NCBI GenBank assembly: GCA_047967505.1
Contig: CM106538.1
Length of the DNA stretch: 64,000 bases
Origin: Dipteris shenzhenensis
Taxonomy: Eukaryota
Strand: one strand, 5' to 3'
The translations under genes were made by a program, and so were the position numbers. The notes under the pieces were generated by a model. The model ran no database searches. It was not told the DNA's origin and was given only the letters and a program-made list of their open reading frames with translations. This document shows positions 49,750 to 64,000 of this stretch, one piece after another. The number at the start of each line of letters is the position of its first letter. Position 1 is the first letter of the stretch.

Positions 49750-52700
49750 TGATACATCCCAATCTGATTTCTTCCAGCTTTTCATTGAATCACGGGCACA
49801 GGCACTTAGTTTATCCTAAGCCAATCTCGTTAGTTGCAAGCTTCTCTGTTGAAATCCCAAGAAATCCTTACGTGAAAGCTTTCTGCTTGCTTAATTCCAA
49901 CGAGCCCCAAAACTCCCTAGATGGATCTAGTATGCCACATGTCCTCAATTTAGGGTCCTTCCTTAATGCATCATTTACCCCTCTCTTGGGATATCTTTGA
50001 ATTCATCTGCCCCTAGGCACATTTAATGCATTAAGGTCCCTTAGCCTTAGATCCACCTAGTCTAGTGTCATGTCACCCACACCAAGGACCTTGACCTTTA
50101 TTCCTTTTTGATCATTTACATGAAGTCCAAACAAATATAATACAAACATTGATCCTTTAAAGGAAAATGTCGACCGATCCTTCCGAGGTCATGTTACCTC
50201 GACTTGAGCGTAACATTCCTTCCCTCTTCAGACATGAGCGTCCTCGATGATAAAGTCTGGGAACACTCTCCGTAACTGATATATGGATTCCCAGGTAGCT
50301 TCTGATAGAGGTAGACCATGCCATGCAACCAACACCGTGGGTATCTTCCGATTGCGCACTTGCATTGTTCCTCGGTCTAGGATTCCTATTGGTTTGCGTC
50401 TTGCATTATCCTCTATCTCCTGAAACAAAACAACACCTTCGATTAGTGAGTCACCTGTATGCAAAAATTTCTTTAAACGAGAAACATGAAACACTGGGTG
50501 CACCTTACAACCCTATGGCAATTCTAACTTATAGGCTACCTTGCCTATTCTTTTTAGAATTAACCATGGCCCACAATATCGAGGTGATAACTTAGCACAC
50601 TCTCCTGCAGTCAAAGACTTAGAGTGCGAAGGAACTCTGAGAAAAACTTTTTCTCCTTCCTTAAATTCTCTAGCGGATCGATTTTCATCCGCATACACCT
50701 TAGCTCTATCCATAGCTTGGCGGATGTTAGCTCTAGCAAGTGCTAGCATCTCCCGCATCTGAACCACAAAGTTCATAGCACTAGGCACTTTCTGAGGTAT
50801 TCCAACTATAGTTGGATTCACTAGCCTATAACCATAGTTCAGCTCAAACGGACTGAACCCTGTAGAGGAATGTTTTCTATCATTGTAGGCAAACTCTAAC
50901 AATGGCAACCACTTGTCCCATGTATGTTGCCTCAATGACACATATGCTCTAAGCATATCCTCTAAAATTTGGTTGACTCTTTCCATCTGACCATCCGTTT
51001 CTGGATGATCCCCACTGCTCATTCCCAACTCAGTCCTTAGTGTCTCAAATACTGCAGTCCAAAAATGACCAGTAAGTTTGACATCTCTGTCTGACACTAT
51101 GGATTTGGGTAATCCATGCAAACGAAATATATGTCTAATAAACAAATCTGCCACTTTGCGGGGCACTAACAGACTCTTTAGTTGGAATGAAGTGAGCCAT
51201 CTTGGTAAGACAATCAACCACCACAAGGATAGAATCATATCCACATTGTGTCGTAGGTAGACCTACAATAAAGTCCATGGAAATGCTCTCCCACTTACCT
51301 AGTGGTCTCTCCAAGGGCTGTAAAAGTCCGGGTGGCTTCACCTGCTCTGCCTTACTTACCTGACATGAAAAACAACGTGTCACATATTCATGAATATGCT
51401 TTTTCATCTTTGGCCAAAAGAAATCTCGCTTTACAAGATCATAGGTCTTCTCGACTCCTGGATGTCCCGCACATGGGCTATCATGGCATTGTTGAATGAC
51501 TCTCTTCCTGAGATCATTCTGATTAGGTACTACTACCTTGCCATTTCTTTTTAGCATACCATCCCTTATGGCATATCTTGCATAAGTTTGGCCTTTTCTG
51601 GATGCCAGGTCATCCTTTTCCCCAGGTTTGAACACATGAGCCTTAGGCCAAAGGCTCTGGACGGAACTCGTCCACCTTTTGAGTTTCTCTTATCTCGGTC
51701 ATTAGAGCACTCTCGAATACCATGAAACTCATATTATGCATAATGCGTGACAACACATCAGCAACTTTAGCAAATCATCGATCCGAGCCATCGGATAGTT
51801 GTGCTTGATAGTGATATTATTCAATGCTCTGTAATCTATACAGAGACGAAAAGTATCATCTTTCTTCTTCTTTAATATCACTGGCGAAGCAAAAGGTGAA
51901 AAACTTGGTTGAATTTGCCCCAACTTGAGGTATTCTTCCAGTTGTCTTCGTACCTCCGCCTCTTCAGTAAAACTCAACCTATAAGGAGGTCTATTTACAG
52001 GTCTTGCCCTCGGGATCAGCTCAATCTTATGCTGAACATTCCACTCTGGAGGTAACCCATAAGGTAACTCATCCCTAAAACAATCAAAGAACTCCTCTAT
52101 TATTTGATCAGCCAGCTTGGCCATCTCTCCATTTTGAACATCGGTGCTAGTCGAAGAATCATCAATCGGCTCTACCGATGCTATACAAAGAAACAAAAAC
52201 TCTTCATGAGCTTTTTGAATCTCCATCGCGAAAACCAATGGTCCTCGAGGTATATCCCTTTCACCTCGTAAGACATACAACACATCATTCATCTTGAATT
52301 GATAAATGTGCTTTTTTCAATTTATGGCTAGATTCTTCCTAGAATGCCAAGCCTTACCCAGGGCTATGTTTGCATGAGCAAGCTTAGTCATTTCAAAGTC
52401 AAGCTTCTCAACATAGTCCTGAATTCGAAGCTCTAACTGGGTAACCCTTTGGTCCCATACTTCAGTTGAACTTCCGTCTGCCATCCTGACTGTATATGCA
52501 TAGTCAGACGGGCTAGTCTTTAGCTTCAACCTCTTTACAAGCTTGGAGTTCAATTACATTGTGCATTGACACTGAGTCAAACAACACAATGACCTGATGA
52601 TTAGCTACTTGCCCTTTCATCTTAACTAACTCCATATCATTAAAGGCTGTATACCCCGTCGCTGCGGGCTTTGACAGGATATTATCAGGTGCACTAGTTA

Positions 52701-55367
52701 CTAACTTAGCAACAGACACACATAACAAAAAAGGTGCCAGCCTTTGAGAAGATCCCGCTAGCTAAATCTGCATCTGTTCTACTCTGGGACTTCCCTCCAT
52801 TTCCACGTCACATTCTGAGACCATCATCTCAGCCATCCGATGATCTTTGTTCCGTGGACAATCTTTCCACTGATGAGGCTGAAGGCAACCAAAACACAAG
52901 CCTTCTCTCCTCGCTTTTTCCCTTTGCTCTGGGTTCAAAGAGGACTTCGCCCAACCCCGGGCTGCCATTGGTGTTAATTTTCTTTTCATTCCAATGGTGG
53001 TACTTGATTTAGGAGTTTCAACTGGTTTTGCTTGCTTGGCTTGACCACTAGTCTGTGAGGCACCCACTTTGCTAATCCACTTCTTCTTAAACCCAGTTTT
53101 CTTCGGGTACCCATACTGAGTCCCAACCTGTACAAACCCACTTGGTCTGTTCCCTTTTGCATCTTCATATTCAGGGCTATGGTTTTGCTTCATCTAGCAT
53201 GTTTGCATACTTAGCCTGAACTTCCATCTTTATCCGATCATTCAATCCAAAGATAAAATCTTTTACTTGGATTGATTGAGGTAAGGGTTCATCAACCTTC
53301 ATTACACTTTCTCTAAACTTATCAGTGTATTTTGCCACTGATAAATTTCTCTGACGAAGGTTTTGATATTGATCCCAAGCTCGATCCCAAGCTCGGGATG
53401 CTTCGTCAGGAGGTAGGAAGTGTTTTCTAAATTCCTTTTTAAACCCCTCCCAGGTAGTGGATGCTACTCCATCTTTCTACTGTTTTATCCACCACCTATT
53501 CACTGCCTCATTAAACATATGGGTAGCCTCGCGGATTTTCTTCATATCATTCCTGATTTCATAAATGGCGAATGCCTTGTCCCATTTGTGTAAGCAGGTG
53601 TCAATGATATTGGAACTATGGTCAGACATCCGACCAGAATACTTTTCTGGCCTATAATTGGCCATATTAGGCACCTTAGCCCTCCTAGGCTCGACTGTAC
53701 GAACACTAGACTTCGGTCCCATTGGAGATTTACCTTTCTCCTCACAAGATGGTCTGGCAGACATACTATGCACCATTTTCCTGAGCTCAGATTGCCCTAC
53801 ATTTGTTTGTAACTGCTATGCTAAAATCTGTTGCAAGGCATCCTCTAACATTGCAATTCTGCTTGACAATGTATGACCTACTGGGCACGACACCTGCGAG
53901 GTCGGCCGGACTCCCGACTCTACGGGATCCATCCTAGAAGCTTCTTCTTCTACTTCCATTCAGGTCAATGGGGTTGTGTGTTTTTTTTTTTAAATAATAA
54001 AAAAGGCACCGCTTGCAACTGTAATTACAAATTGAATGTCCAACTCATGTCCAACCTCCAATTTTACAACTAACCAAGTATATATCACACTGTAACCAAA
54101 CTCCCTTTTCCCTATACTAGGGAAACTCCTACAATCTAAGAAACCTCAAGCCCTTAAATCCAAAGGCATAAATTTGTTCCCAATCCAACTCACACACCTC
54201 GAAACTTCAGAAATTTAACCAAATAAAATAGAGGGAAAAAAGAATCGAAAGGCCCCTTGTATTTCCACGTGAACAACACATGCTGAGGTATGCTATAAGC
54301 GTGATTCTGCGCAGTGTCTACAATTGACTCCACCAAGGTGCGCTTCCTGCTTCTAAGGGCTTGTTCACACGCAGGGCCTCGAGCTAGGCAACTGCCAGTC
54401 TCAAGTGACTACGCTTTGGTCCTCTCTTCATTTCTTGGAGGCGCGGCAAAACTTTGCACACGAATCTCAAAAGAGGCAGTGCTTATACCCTGTTCCTTCT
54501 AGCTTTACATTGAAGGGCCTCCATGTCATGCAAGTATCAAGAGCCAAAGTTCCCTGGCCCTAAGCTAGCTGTAAACCATCGGGTGTCCAAAAATTGCATC
54601 ATGTCTGCCTTCCGAGATACCAAGGTATGAACCTGCGGTTTAGCTGTATCGTCATCCGTCACCTATTTCGTCACCAGCTTACGTGAACCGTACCCTCTTA
54701 CAACAGCTAGTGCCGTGACTAGCACTGTGATGACATGCGTGAACCCACAGTTGCACCATCACCTGCTGTTCATCCACGCTACCTAGACTTACGAATCCCC
54801 AATTACTATCTACGTAGAGTTTGGGCTCCACACTGTCCATCGTCAAACGCCCAGCCAGTCCCAGACCGCTCGCAATGTATTCTGCACTCTGATACCAAAT
54901 GATACATCCCAATCTGATTTCTTCCAGCTTTTCATTGAATCACGGGCACACGCACTTAGTTTATCCTCCCAGCCAACCTCATTAGTTGCAAGCTTCTCTA
55001 CTGAAATCCCAAGAAATCCTTACATGAAAGCTTTCTGCTTGCTTAATTCCAATGAGCCCCAAAACTCCCTAGATGGATCTAGTATGCCACATGTCCTCAA
55101 TTTAGGGTCCTTCCTTAATGCATCATTTACCCCTCTCTTGGGATATCTTTGAATTCATCTGCCCCTAGGTACATTTAATGCATTAAGGTCCCTTAGCCTT
55201 AGATCCACCTAGTCTAGTGCCATGTCACCCACACCAAGGACCTTGACCTTTATTCCTTTTTTATCATTTACATGAAGTCCAAACAAATATAATACAAACA
55301 TTGATCCTTTAAAGGAAAATGTCGATTGACCCTTCCGAGGTCATGTTACCTCGACTTGAGCGTAACA
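49750..55367 (-). mobile_element. Chromovirus (Ty3/Gypsy) with both LTRs and TSD GAGTT; most of RT and RNase H deleted
   Basis: LTRs 49750-50215 and 54900-55367; PBS ~54886-54897; PPT 50216-50228; gag CFGC..HQWKDC, protease, RT start, integrase, chromodomain (VAWHGLPLSEATWE); GAGTT at 49745 and 55368. Confidence 0.95.
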
Positions 55368-55479
55368 GAGTTTAGCTTGCATTTCATGGCACAGCAAACT
55401 AGGGTCTCAGTGATTTGATATATAAGGCAACAGACACCACCACTATGGAATGCATGTGGTTAAGGAAGTTAAAACATGA

Positions 55480-55735
55480 TCTACATCTTTCGAAAGACAG
55501 CGTGGCCACTCCCAGTTACTGTGACAATCAGAGTTGCATCGCCATAGCAAACAATATCATGCGTTTTTCATGCTCACATTGAAAACCATCAGCATTACAT
55601 TCAGGATTGTATTGAGACAGATCCATTCCATCCATGGGCGACATTGAAACATCTTTACCAAAACCCTTTCCATCAATACATTTGTACATCTTCAAGAAGG
55701 CTTGGGCATGAGAGATCTACAATGGGGGGTTGAAA
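55480..55735 (+). mobile_element. Highly degenerate Copia RNase H end plus PPT
   Basis: CDNQSCIAIA, HIE, IFTK remnants then GGGGGGTTG. Confidence 0.55.
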
Positions 55736-57358
55736 ATTGACATCGTTTTATTTATTTGCACTTCCATCGGTTGCTATATTGCTAAGGATGAATTTGTTCA
55801 ACCATGGTACTTTAGGTACACTAGGTTCTACTGAGACATTTCTAGAGACCTAAAGCCATACCATTGGGGAGAGCTTCAGCCTTCATCCTAAGCTGTTGAG
55901 GGGTGAAAAATCTTCTGGTCATATCTTTGTGCCTTTAAAGCCTTTGGTTTGGTGAAGAATTGCCAACCTGTCCTCTCGTGTCTTGAATGACATGATGGCA
56001 TGATTTTGTGGTGTATGTTGGATGCCTTTACTAATGTAGTGTCCCAAGTGAGCATGGGCATGGCTTTGCTATATCATCGCATTGCTCAAGCAGTAAAGGA
56101 ACTTGAAGATCCTCACTTTGTGATTGCTCTGGCAACCCCCCAATCCTCACTTTAAGAGCAAGCGTCTCCCTAGATTTCTTCTCAAGTTCTAAATCCACAT
56201 ATTTGTTGATTTTTGATTTGACCTAATGCGAAATCAAATTATCAAGCTTGGAAATGACATGCAAAGGGAGTCACTAACACATTGGTGTATAGTGTCTTGT
56301 TGCGTTCGGGGCTAGATTGCTTCTCTAGTTGGGTCTCCATTGCGGCTAGACAATTGAGGACACCGTCCATCTATATATTTAGCTCACTGTTTTCTTGTTG
56401 AAGGTTCTCAGCTTGTTCTTGCAGACTTTCACCTTGCTTGGTTTAGGCTGCCATTGGTGAGGCCCCTATACAAAAAACTACCACTTGTGCAAAAGATTTG
56501 ACCTTTGCTTGGTCATGTTGGGCAAAGATCAATGCTATATGATTATATCAAAAGCATAGCGTCTTCTTGCAACATGTTCTGTCGGGAGAAAGAGGGATTC
56601 AAGCACGCAACATTCTTCGTCAACAAAAATAGGATTCCATCATGTAAGCTCCAAGATTACCATTCTATCCAGCTGTGTAAACACAATTCAAGTTGTAGTC
56701 AAAGGTTCTTTTGAGCTATTCTTGCAATGGTAATTTGTCAAGATATTGACTGGTGGGCTTTATGAGTAGGCCTAACATAGACAAGAATGGCGAGTGTGGT
56801 GGAAGCTTTTGTACAATCTAATGAATGGCATACTTACAGAGTTCGTCGAGCTGTTGTTGGAGTAGCTCTAAACAAAGCTCGGCCAAAACAAGAAGGCAAT
56901 GGTGGCTTGTAGGGTCTTTCAAGCTTTGGAACAGTCCTAAAGATAGACCTTGACGGAAACGAGTAGTTTTAGAGGCTGAGTTTGGGCTGGTAGACCTTGA
57001 CAGCAATGATTGTTGAGGCGATTGAGCTAGTGCTGGTGGCAACCTTGCACACAATGAGAATTAGGATTCTCAGGCTATGGATATGCTTTGGATGAAACAT
57101 GTTAACGTGCACAAAATAGCATGTCCGTGGACCCTACTATTAGATGCGCTATGGTCCTAACAGATTAAGATAGATCTTTAGAAGTACCAATATGTGTTGA
57201 CAGAGAATCCTACACATAAGGTCACTGCATAAAATTTTGGAAATGTTATTTACAATTGTGCTATGTTATTTATGAAATGATTAGACAACAGTGTAAATAA
57301 TTATTATGATCAACTAACTTAATGTTGAAGAGTTTTTGTTGTCTCATGATGGGTGTTA

Positions 57359-57402
<44 letters not shown>

Positions 57403-57893
57403 CCTCCTTATCTTTTTGGCATACTAGCATTCATGAACTATGCACATATACCCAGATGATGAATCCAGGAACATTCCCAAACTCATCCTCTAAAAACACA
57501 ACATAGTGCAGTTTCAATCTCATGATAGTCACTCACAAGGTTGAAAACTATAAACTCCATCACACACATCAGGGACTAGCTACTATGGCATCCCCACTGA
57601 TGTCATCAGCGCCCAACAGTGGGGGTAGACCATAGTATAAAAACACATACAAATCCACACACCCACACATACTTGAGCATCCATTTATACACAGTCTTTG
57701 TAATGAGTTTCAGTCGACACTCCGGAGGTGAAGGGCAGACTCAGCCATGATGAAGGGTAGCATTAAAGGAGAGGCTAATAAAAAAGTAGTCCAAAATCTA
57801 TTAATTCAAGCTACAACTGCTTGTGACGTCTAAACGATTTCATTTTAGTCTCTCCCAAACGAGCATCTAAATCTAGTTGAACTATGCACATAC

Positions 57894-57932
57894 TCACACA
57901 CACACTCACTCACTCACTCACTCACACACACA

Positions 57933-58028
<96 letters not shown>
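57894..58028. repeat. Long (CA)n microsatellite
   Basis: Direct reading; (CT)n also at 57363-57398. Confidence 0.95.
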
Positions 58029-58030
<2 letters not shown>

Positions 58031-58169
58031 CGTGTGCACGGACACACGCATGCACCCCCCCTAAACCCCCTAACCACTCCTTAACCTAATCAACTTCCTA
58101 ACCACTCCCTAACTCAGACTACCCTCCCCAAGTTCCAACCAACACCATCGCCCATTTGCTTCTTAAGCT

Positions 58170-61100
58170 GAAAGGACTTGATGATTTCAAAAAGATAAGT
58201 GGTTTTGTGAGACGTGTCAAAGACACTTATAAGGTTAAGGTAAAAAGAAATTCTCCCAAAACCTTTGAAGCAGCAATTACATATGCCTAAATATATGATG
58301 ATACCATGGGGAAATCCAAAGTTGGAATTTTGGAACAAACAGGTTTTGTTCCTAAGTTCAACAAATTTTTCAATTTGAAAAGGAAGGGGAACTTTATGAA
58401 GGAGACTTCTCAGGCACCACCTAAGAAACCTCAAACACAAAATTATCCTCTCTTGAAGAAAGAGGATTATGAAAGGGCTAGGTAGGAAAATATTTGCTTC
58501 AAATGTTTGGGCAAAGACCATGATGCTTGGAATTGCCCTAAAAATAAGCAAGCGGGAGCTAAAGCCCCAAATAGGCCTCCACAAAAACAAGTACATGTGG
58601 TGCAGGTGTTGCCACTTAATGGTACTGAAAAGTACACTGAGGTGGAGGTCTATGATGAGGATAGCACCCACATGTGCTGTCTATCATCGACAATGTGGTA
58701 GCCCACCTTTGGTCCTCATGATTTAATGAGGATGCATGGAAAAATAAAGGGGTAAAGGGTAAGAGTGATGGTCAATGATAGTGCAACACCTAATTTCTTG
58801 AACTACTCATTAGTTAAGAAATTAAAATTGCTTGAGAGTCCAAGTGCCCATAAATATGTGGTCTCTTTGGAAAAGGGAAGTGATAAGAAGGTTTGGGACA
58901 CCAAGATACATGGTCTAGAGGTGGATATTCAAGGCTGTCAGGATGCCTTGGATTTCCAAATTATGCATCTTAATCGAATTGATGTTGTTCTTCATCGAGA
59001 ATGATTGTCTAGTCTTGGGCATAGCTTACAGCAGAGTTATCTCAATAACTCCATTATGTTTGAAAAAGATGGTAGAGTCTTCCACATTTAAGGAGAACAT
59101 GATGTGCCCAACTCTCCTCTTATTTGTGCGATGGGATTGGAACGAGTACTACACTAAGAAGAATGTGAGGTATACCTCTATGAACTTACTTTTATTAGTG
59201 GTTTTATGTCTTCTACGTTGGAAAGAAGTAATCTTGTTTTTTATAATGTTAAAAAGTATAAATCTTCTTTCAATGATTTAATGTTGGAATTAAAAGATGT
59301 TTTTTCGTTTTATTTTGCCCCTTGAGAGAGATGTAGATCATAAAATAGATTTGATGCTTTAATTAAACAAGATATGGATCCGATGATGAAGCTAATAAGT
59401 AAGACTGATTAAAGCTCACATATGATGTGACAAGTATTGTGCGTGAGCTACAATGAACTTTTCCTAAAAAATTATTTTGGATCAGAAGTTATGGAAATTG
59501 AAAGGTTTGCCATACTTTGATCAAGATGAAACAAAGATGACATAGAGTGCAATTTGTTCTATTTTGTGAGGTCTATTATCTCCCATAACAACATTCTCTT
59601 TTGAATTTGCATTGGTGTAGTTTTGAGGGCAAATCAATCTTTGAAGTCACGTGTTTCTTGCACTTGAGTCAAATCGCCATGTGTTCACATCATTGTGACT
59701 CTAAGCAGCTAGCTTCTTGAAATAACATATTGGAATGCAAAAGAAATTCCATTAAAAAATGATTTGCTTGAATGAATTAGTTTTGGAGCTACCCCTGTAT
59801 GTAAACCCCCATATAGGCTTAGTCAAATTGAGGAACTTGAGGTCAAAAGACAATTAACTAGATACCTTAGGAAGAGACAAATTCGACCAAGTAGCTTACC
59901 TTGGTCTACCCCAATTTTACTGGTAAAGAAAAAGGAATGTATTATGCTTTTATGCATAGATTATTGAGCATTACATAAAATCTCCATAAAACAATAAGTA
60001 TCTTATGCCTCGCATTGATGAGCTCTTTGATCAATTGCAAGGGGCAAAATATTTCACTAAAATTGATTTAAGGTTAGGATATCACTAAGTACAAATTAGG
60101 GAAGAGGATGTCTCTAAGACATCATTTTGTACTAAGTATGGGCATGATCAGTTTGAAGTACTGCCATTTTCATTAACAAGTTTTACTCGATTTCAGAATA
60201 ATTTCCTAGAGTCCTTAAAAGGGAAATGTGAGTTTGATCCTTACTTCTCTAAACTTTGGAAAGCAATTAGAAATAGGGATCAAATTAATTGAGAGGCTTT
60301 CACTGAGGAGTCACATGGAAATGGCAACACACCACAAGTTGGTGTGATAAAGGCCTCAATTGGAAAAAATATACTATTGAGGATGGCTACCTGCTCTACA
60401 AGGGTAGAGTATGTGTCCCAGATAATAATGACATTAGGCACCAAATTCTATTTGAATGCCATAATAGTTCGAGTGCTGGACACCTGGGAATTCAGTTGAC
60501 ATTTGTGCTTTTGAAAAGGCAATTCTTTTGGCCTAGAATAGATAAGGATGTTCAAGACTATGTATTGAAGTGCCAAAAATGCTAGGTCAATAAGGCTGAA
60601 TGCCTTAAGGTAGGAGGTCCCCTACACCCATTGGAGATTCCACCTGGCAAATGGGAAAGCCTCTCCATGGATTTTATTGTGGGATTACCTAGAACATAGA
60701 GGGGGCACAACTTTGTGTGGGTAATTGTTGATCGGTTGACCAAGATGGCTGATTTTATTCCTGTTAATGAAGACATTAGAACTCCAAAATTAGCTAGGAT
60801 ATTCATGGAACATATTTATAAATTATATGGGCTACTAGCCGATATTGTTGGTGATTGGGATAGCAAATTTAATAGCCATTTTTGGAGGGCTGTGTTTATA
60901 AGGTTGGAAACTTCATTGAATATGAGCACCATGGATCATCCACACAATGATGCTCAAACTGAAAGGGTCAATGAGATCATTGAAGATATGCTTCAAGAAT
61001 ATGTAAGTAAATGGCAAAATAATTGGGAACAATATTTTCCCATATTAGAATTTGCATATAACAGTGTCAAACATTCAGCTACAAGTTTTAGTCCATTCAT

Positions 61101-62098
61101 GATGATGTATGGATTTGAACGAAGAGTCCCAATGGTAGTGGGACTTGAAAAAGAGAAGGTTCAAGCATCCAAAGACTTTCTTGAAGATATATATCACTTA
61201 TGCTTAAGTTCACTGAAGAAGCATAAGAAGAGCTCAAGATAGAGCACAAAGTTATGCAAGCCCCCACTGTAGAAGGTTGGAGTTTAAAGTAAATGAGAAA
61301 GTCTACCTTAGGGTACCTGAATCTTCAGAATTCCTAAAGATAGGTAAATGTCCAAAGTTGTCTCCTAGGTATTGTGGACCATTCACAATGCTTATAAGAA
61401 TTGGAGAACTTGCTTACAAATTAGCCTTACTCGAAGGATGTAGAGTACATCCAGTTTTTCATGTGAGCAGGCTTAAAAGGAAATTAGGAGATGATGATAA
61501 TTTCATCGGAAATGAAGTTCTAGTTGAACTCATTTAATCTGCATCTTTACCACACAAACCAAAAGAATTTTAGATAGACAAGAAAAAAGAACGTGCATAC
61601 AATATGGCAAGAATGTCTGGTTAAGTGGAAAGATAAACTTGAAGAGAGTTCAACATGGGAAAGGTAAGCAATCTCCAGAGGAGGTTTCCCAATTTTGTTT
61701 TTGAGGATGCAAACCATTCTTAAGGGGAAGGGAATGTTATGTCAACCATAATCACGGAAGGACCATGACATGATTATGGTGAGGTGGGGAACTAGAGGGC
61801 TTGACAACACTTACTTTTTGGTGTGGCTATGAAGGCTTGGGTCTAGGCTAGACTTAAGCATAAATGAGGGGTGCAAAAGGGGAGCCCTTTCTAAGGTTCC
61901 TAGTGGGACACGTGACACCAAACAAGGAGACACTTGGCAAGTGTTGGGTTCAGGGGTGGATTCTAGAGGGAGCTCACAAAAGGTATTAAGGCAAGGGAAG
62001 GGGCTCACGTGGGGATCCAATGGCTGGGTGGTAAATGAAGCCAAGCCCTCTTTAGAGTTTTGACAATTATTAACAAAAGGAACATGTAGAATATGACA
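58170..62098 (+). mobile_element. Degenerate chromovirus: gag knuckle, protease, RT start, integrase, chromodomain, PPT, 3' LTR (~61735-62098)
   Basis: CFKCLGKDHDAWNC; VNDSATPNF; KWESLSMDFIVGLP; PRYCGPF; HPVFHVSRLK; AAGGGGAAGGGAA then TGTTATGTC. Confidence 0.85.
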
Positions 62099-62099
62099 A

Positions 62100-63610
62100 C
62101 CTCATAATGATACAAATGAAAATGACCCAACCCACCTAACAGTGCATGTTGGACACAACACCACCGATGGGAATATGTATGACATTGGATTGGATATGCC
62201 TTCATTATGGAAGCAGCGAAGAAATTCTATGCACACACAAACTCGAGTGGATTACATTAACCAAATGTGCTTGCGACTAGTACCACAAGAACACACTTTT
62301 CCACACCTCTACTACACAAACTCTCAAACAAATAAGCACAATCAAAAGGCCTTGCATCTCTCTATCAGCAACTAGAAACATATCTTTAGAGATATAGACA
62401 ACTACTTTAAGGCAATGCCCACAAAATTGAAACTATTAGAAGACCATAAAATGACAAATGATCTATGTACAATAATAGAATTTAAAAAAGGCATGTTAGT
62501 TGAACTATGCTCATGAAACCTCAACCAACAAGATGGCTTGGTAAATGGAGTTGATGGTATCTTCATGACATCATCAACTTATATGACAACGGAGATCATT
62601 TGGATACTATTTCCTCACAAAGACACTGGCTTGCAAACAAGAACTGCAAATAAGAATGCATTCACACCATCTATACATACAGACTAGATACCCATATTTA
62701 GAATCACAAGAATCCTCACATGAGAGAAATTCCCTATACAACCAGTAGCAGCAAGAACAATCCATTGAGCTTAGGGGATGACAATGCAAAATCTTGCTTC
62801 CTCGCCAAAAGAAGTGCGTACACATGGGTTCACATACATAGTGTTATCTTGCATAAAAGACATACAAAACCTATACTTACTTGACCCATGATAGCTTCAA
62901 TGTTCATAGCAATGTTCAAAAGGAAATGGAGTGACTCACTAGAGAAGCATCATGGAAAACTATAATGTAGCTTACATTGGAAGACATAGACACAAATACA
63001 TTACTCATTCAATCACTCAACACAAGATCCCTACCAAAAGATGAGGCGGATATTAACAAAATAAACCATATCATGAACTCATATATCATTTGCTTACAAG
63101 AATCTCGAACAAAACATCCAAAAGCATTTGTGTCTAATAACTTCCACACAATCGCTAACTACTCCCACTCAGGGTCATACAGACTAGTTAGAAAAACCAT
63201 TTTTGATACAAATTCTTGAACATTCAATAGAACAAGGGATTCAAATTACAAGTGTTGAAATAAGTGAGAAAGGGGATCTTACATCATCTTAAACATCTAT
63301 AGAACCCCATCCATAAAATACAATATGTTCATCTCCTACCTCAAGAGCATACTAGCAAACATTATGGAAATTAGCACAAGAATAATATTGATAGGGGACT
63401 TCAATATTGATATGTTAAAGAAAACACCACAATCAACCAATCTCCAAAACATGATGTCTTTCGATTAAATTGCAATTCAATGAACCCACTACAACTTAGA
63501 CGTCTCAACTAGACCACATCTGGCCCAACATTCACGTAACTAACAAACATGTAGGAACATCTTTTGCATATTGTACTGACCACTCCATCATATACCTATA
63601 CACATAAATG
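62100..63610 (+). mobile_element. Helentron-type fragment: PIF1 helicase C-terminus followed by APE/EEP endonuclease (degenerate)
   Basis: NLNQQDGLVNGVDG, FPIQPVAARTIH*A*GMT, HGFTYIVLSC; then SLNTRSL, ICLQES, LNIYRTP, IGDFNID, LDHIW, TDH. Confidence 0.85.
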
Positions 63611-64000
63611 AAAAGGCAACAGTTCTCTTGCTTTTCCTGCCAGCCTAGTAGCCACCAGTTTCCTAGCTTGAAGTTAGCTCGATGGCCATCAATCTCCTAG
63701 ATCGCTTGCCAACCTGATAGCCTTCCTATTACTTACTCTCATGCATCCATGGTGAACATCTGCCATCATTATTTCCTCTTAAGCTTAGACCCTACTCCTT
63801 GTAACTTTTGTTTCCTTTGCATAGTGGGTCCCTCTACATATTTTGAGTTTCAAGACCCTCTATTTAGCTCACGATTTAGACTGGGCAAAGAGTAGCCAAG
63901 CAAATCAAAGCATCTAAGAGAATCCTCACTCAAGAGAATCCTTCAAATTAGTGTGAGAAATCACAAGACAAATTAATCCATTAGAAAGAAGTAGGGTAAT

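Noticed and set aside
55850-57100. Possible minus-strand gene or gag remnant
   Set aside because: Coiled-coil-like stretches only; no recognisable motif to support a call
57585-57632. Hairpin CCCCACTG...CAGTGGGG as a Helitron terminator or PBS
   Set aside because: Short stem, no adjacent CTRR end or LTR boundary identified
57877-58089. His/Thr-repeat ORFs
   Set aside because: Translation of a (CA)n microsatellite

Overview
Eukaryotic land-plant nuclear DNA, probably a fern (inferred from the style of the PLS-class PPR repeats). Most of the window is nested transposon debris. It holds a full-length degenerate Copia with TSD, a very young Gag-only Copia-like element, two chromoviruses missing most of RT/RNase H, Athila-like/other Gypsy fragments, LINE fragments, two MITE-like families and two Helentron-type Helitron fragments, one with a fused APE endonuclease. 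The host genes are an LRR pseudogene fragment and two paralogous PLS-PPR-E-DYW RNA-editing-factor genes about 39 kb apart. The most striking observation is missed by the ORF track. Splicing a short GT-AG intron puts an OSB-type 'PDF' ssDNA-binding motif (WKDYFTDPSQWFDNRNTK/QTHPRAPDFKQKLTNESLWINGWYNPSWV) in frame at the N-terminus of the PPR-DYW deaminase. Both copies carry lesions, and the lesions are complementary. All alignments were done by eye, and boundaries of degenerate elements are approximate.
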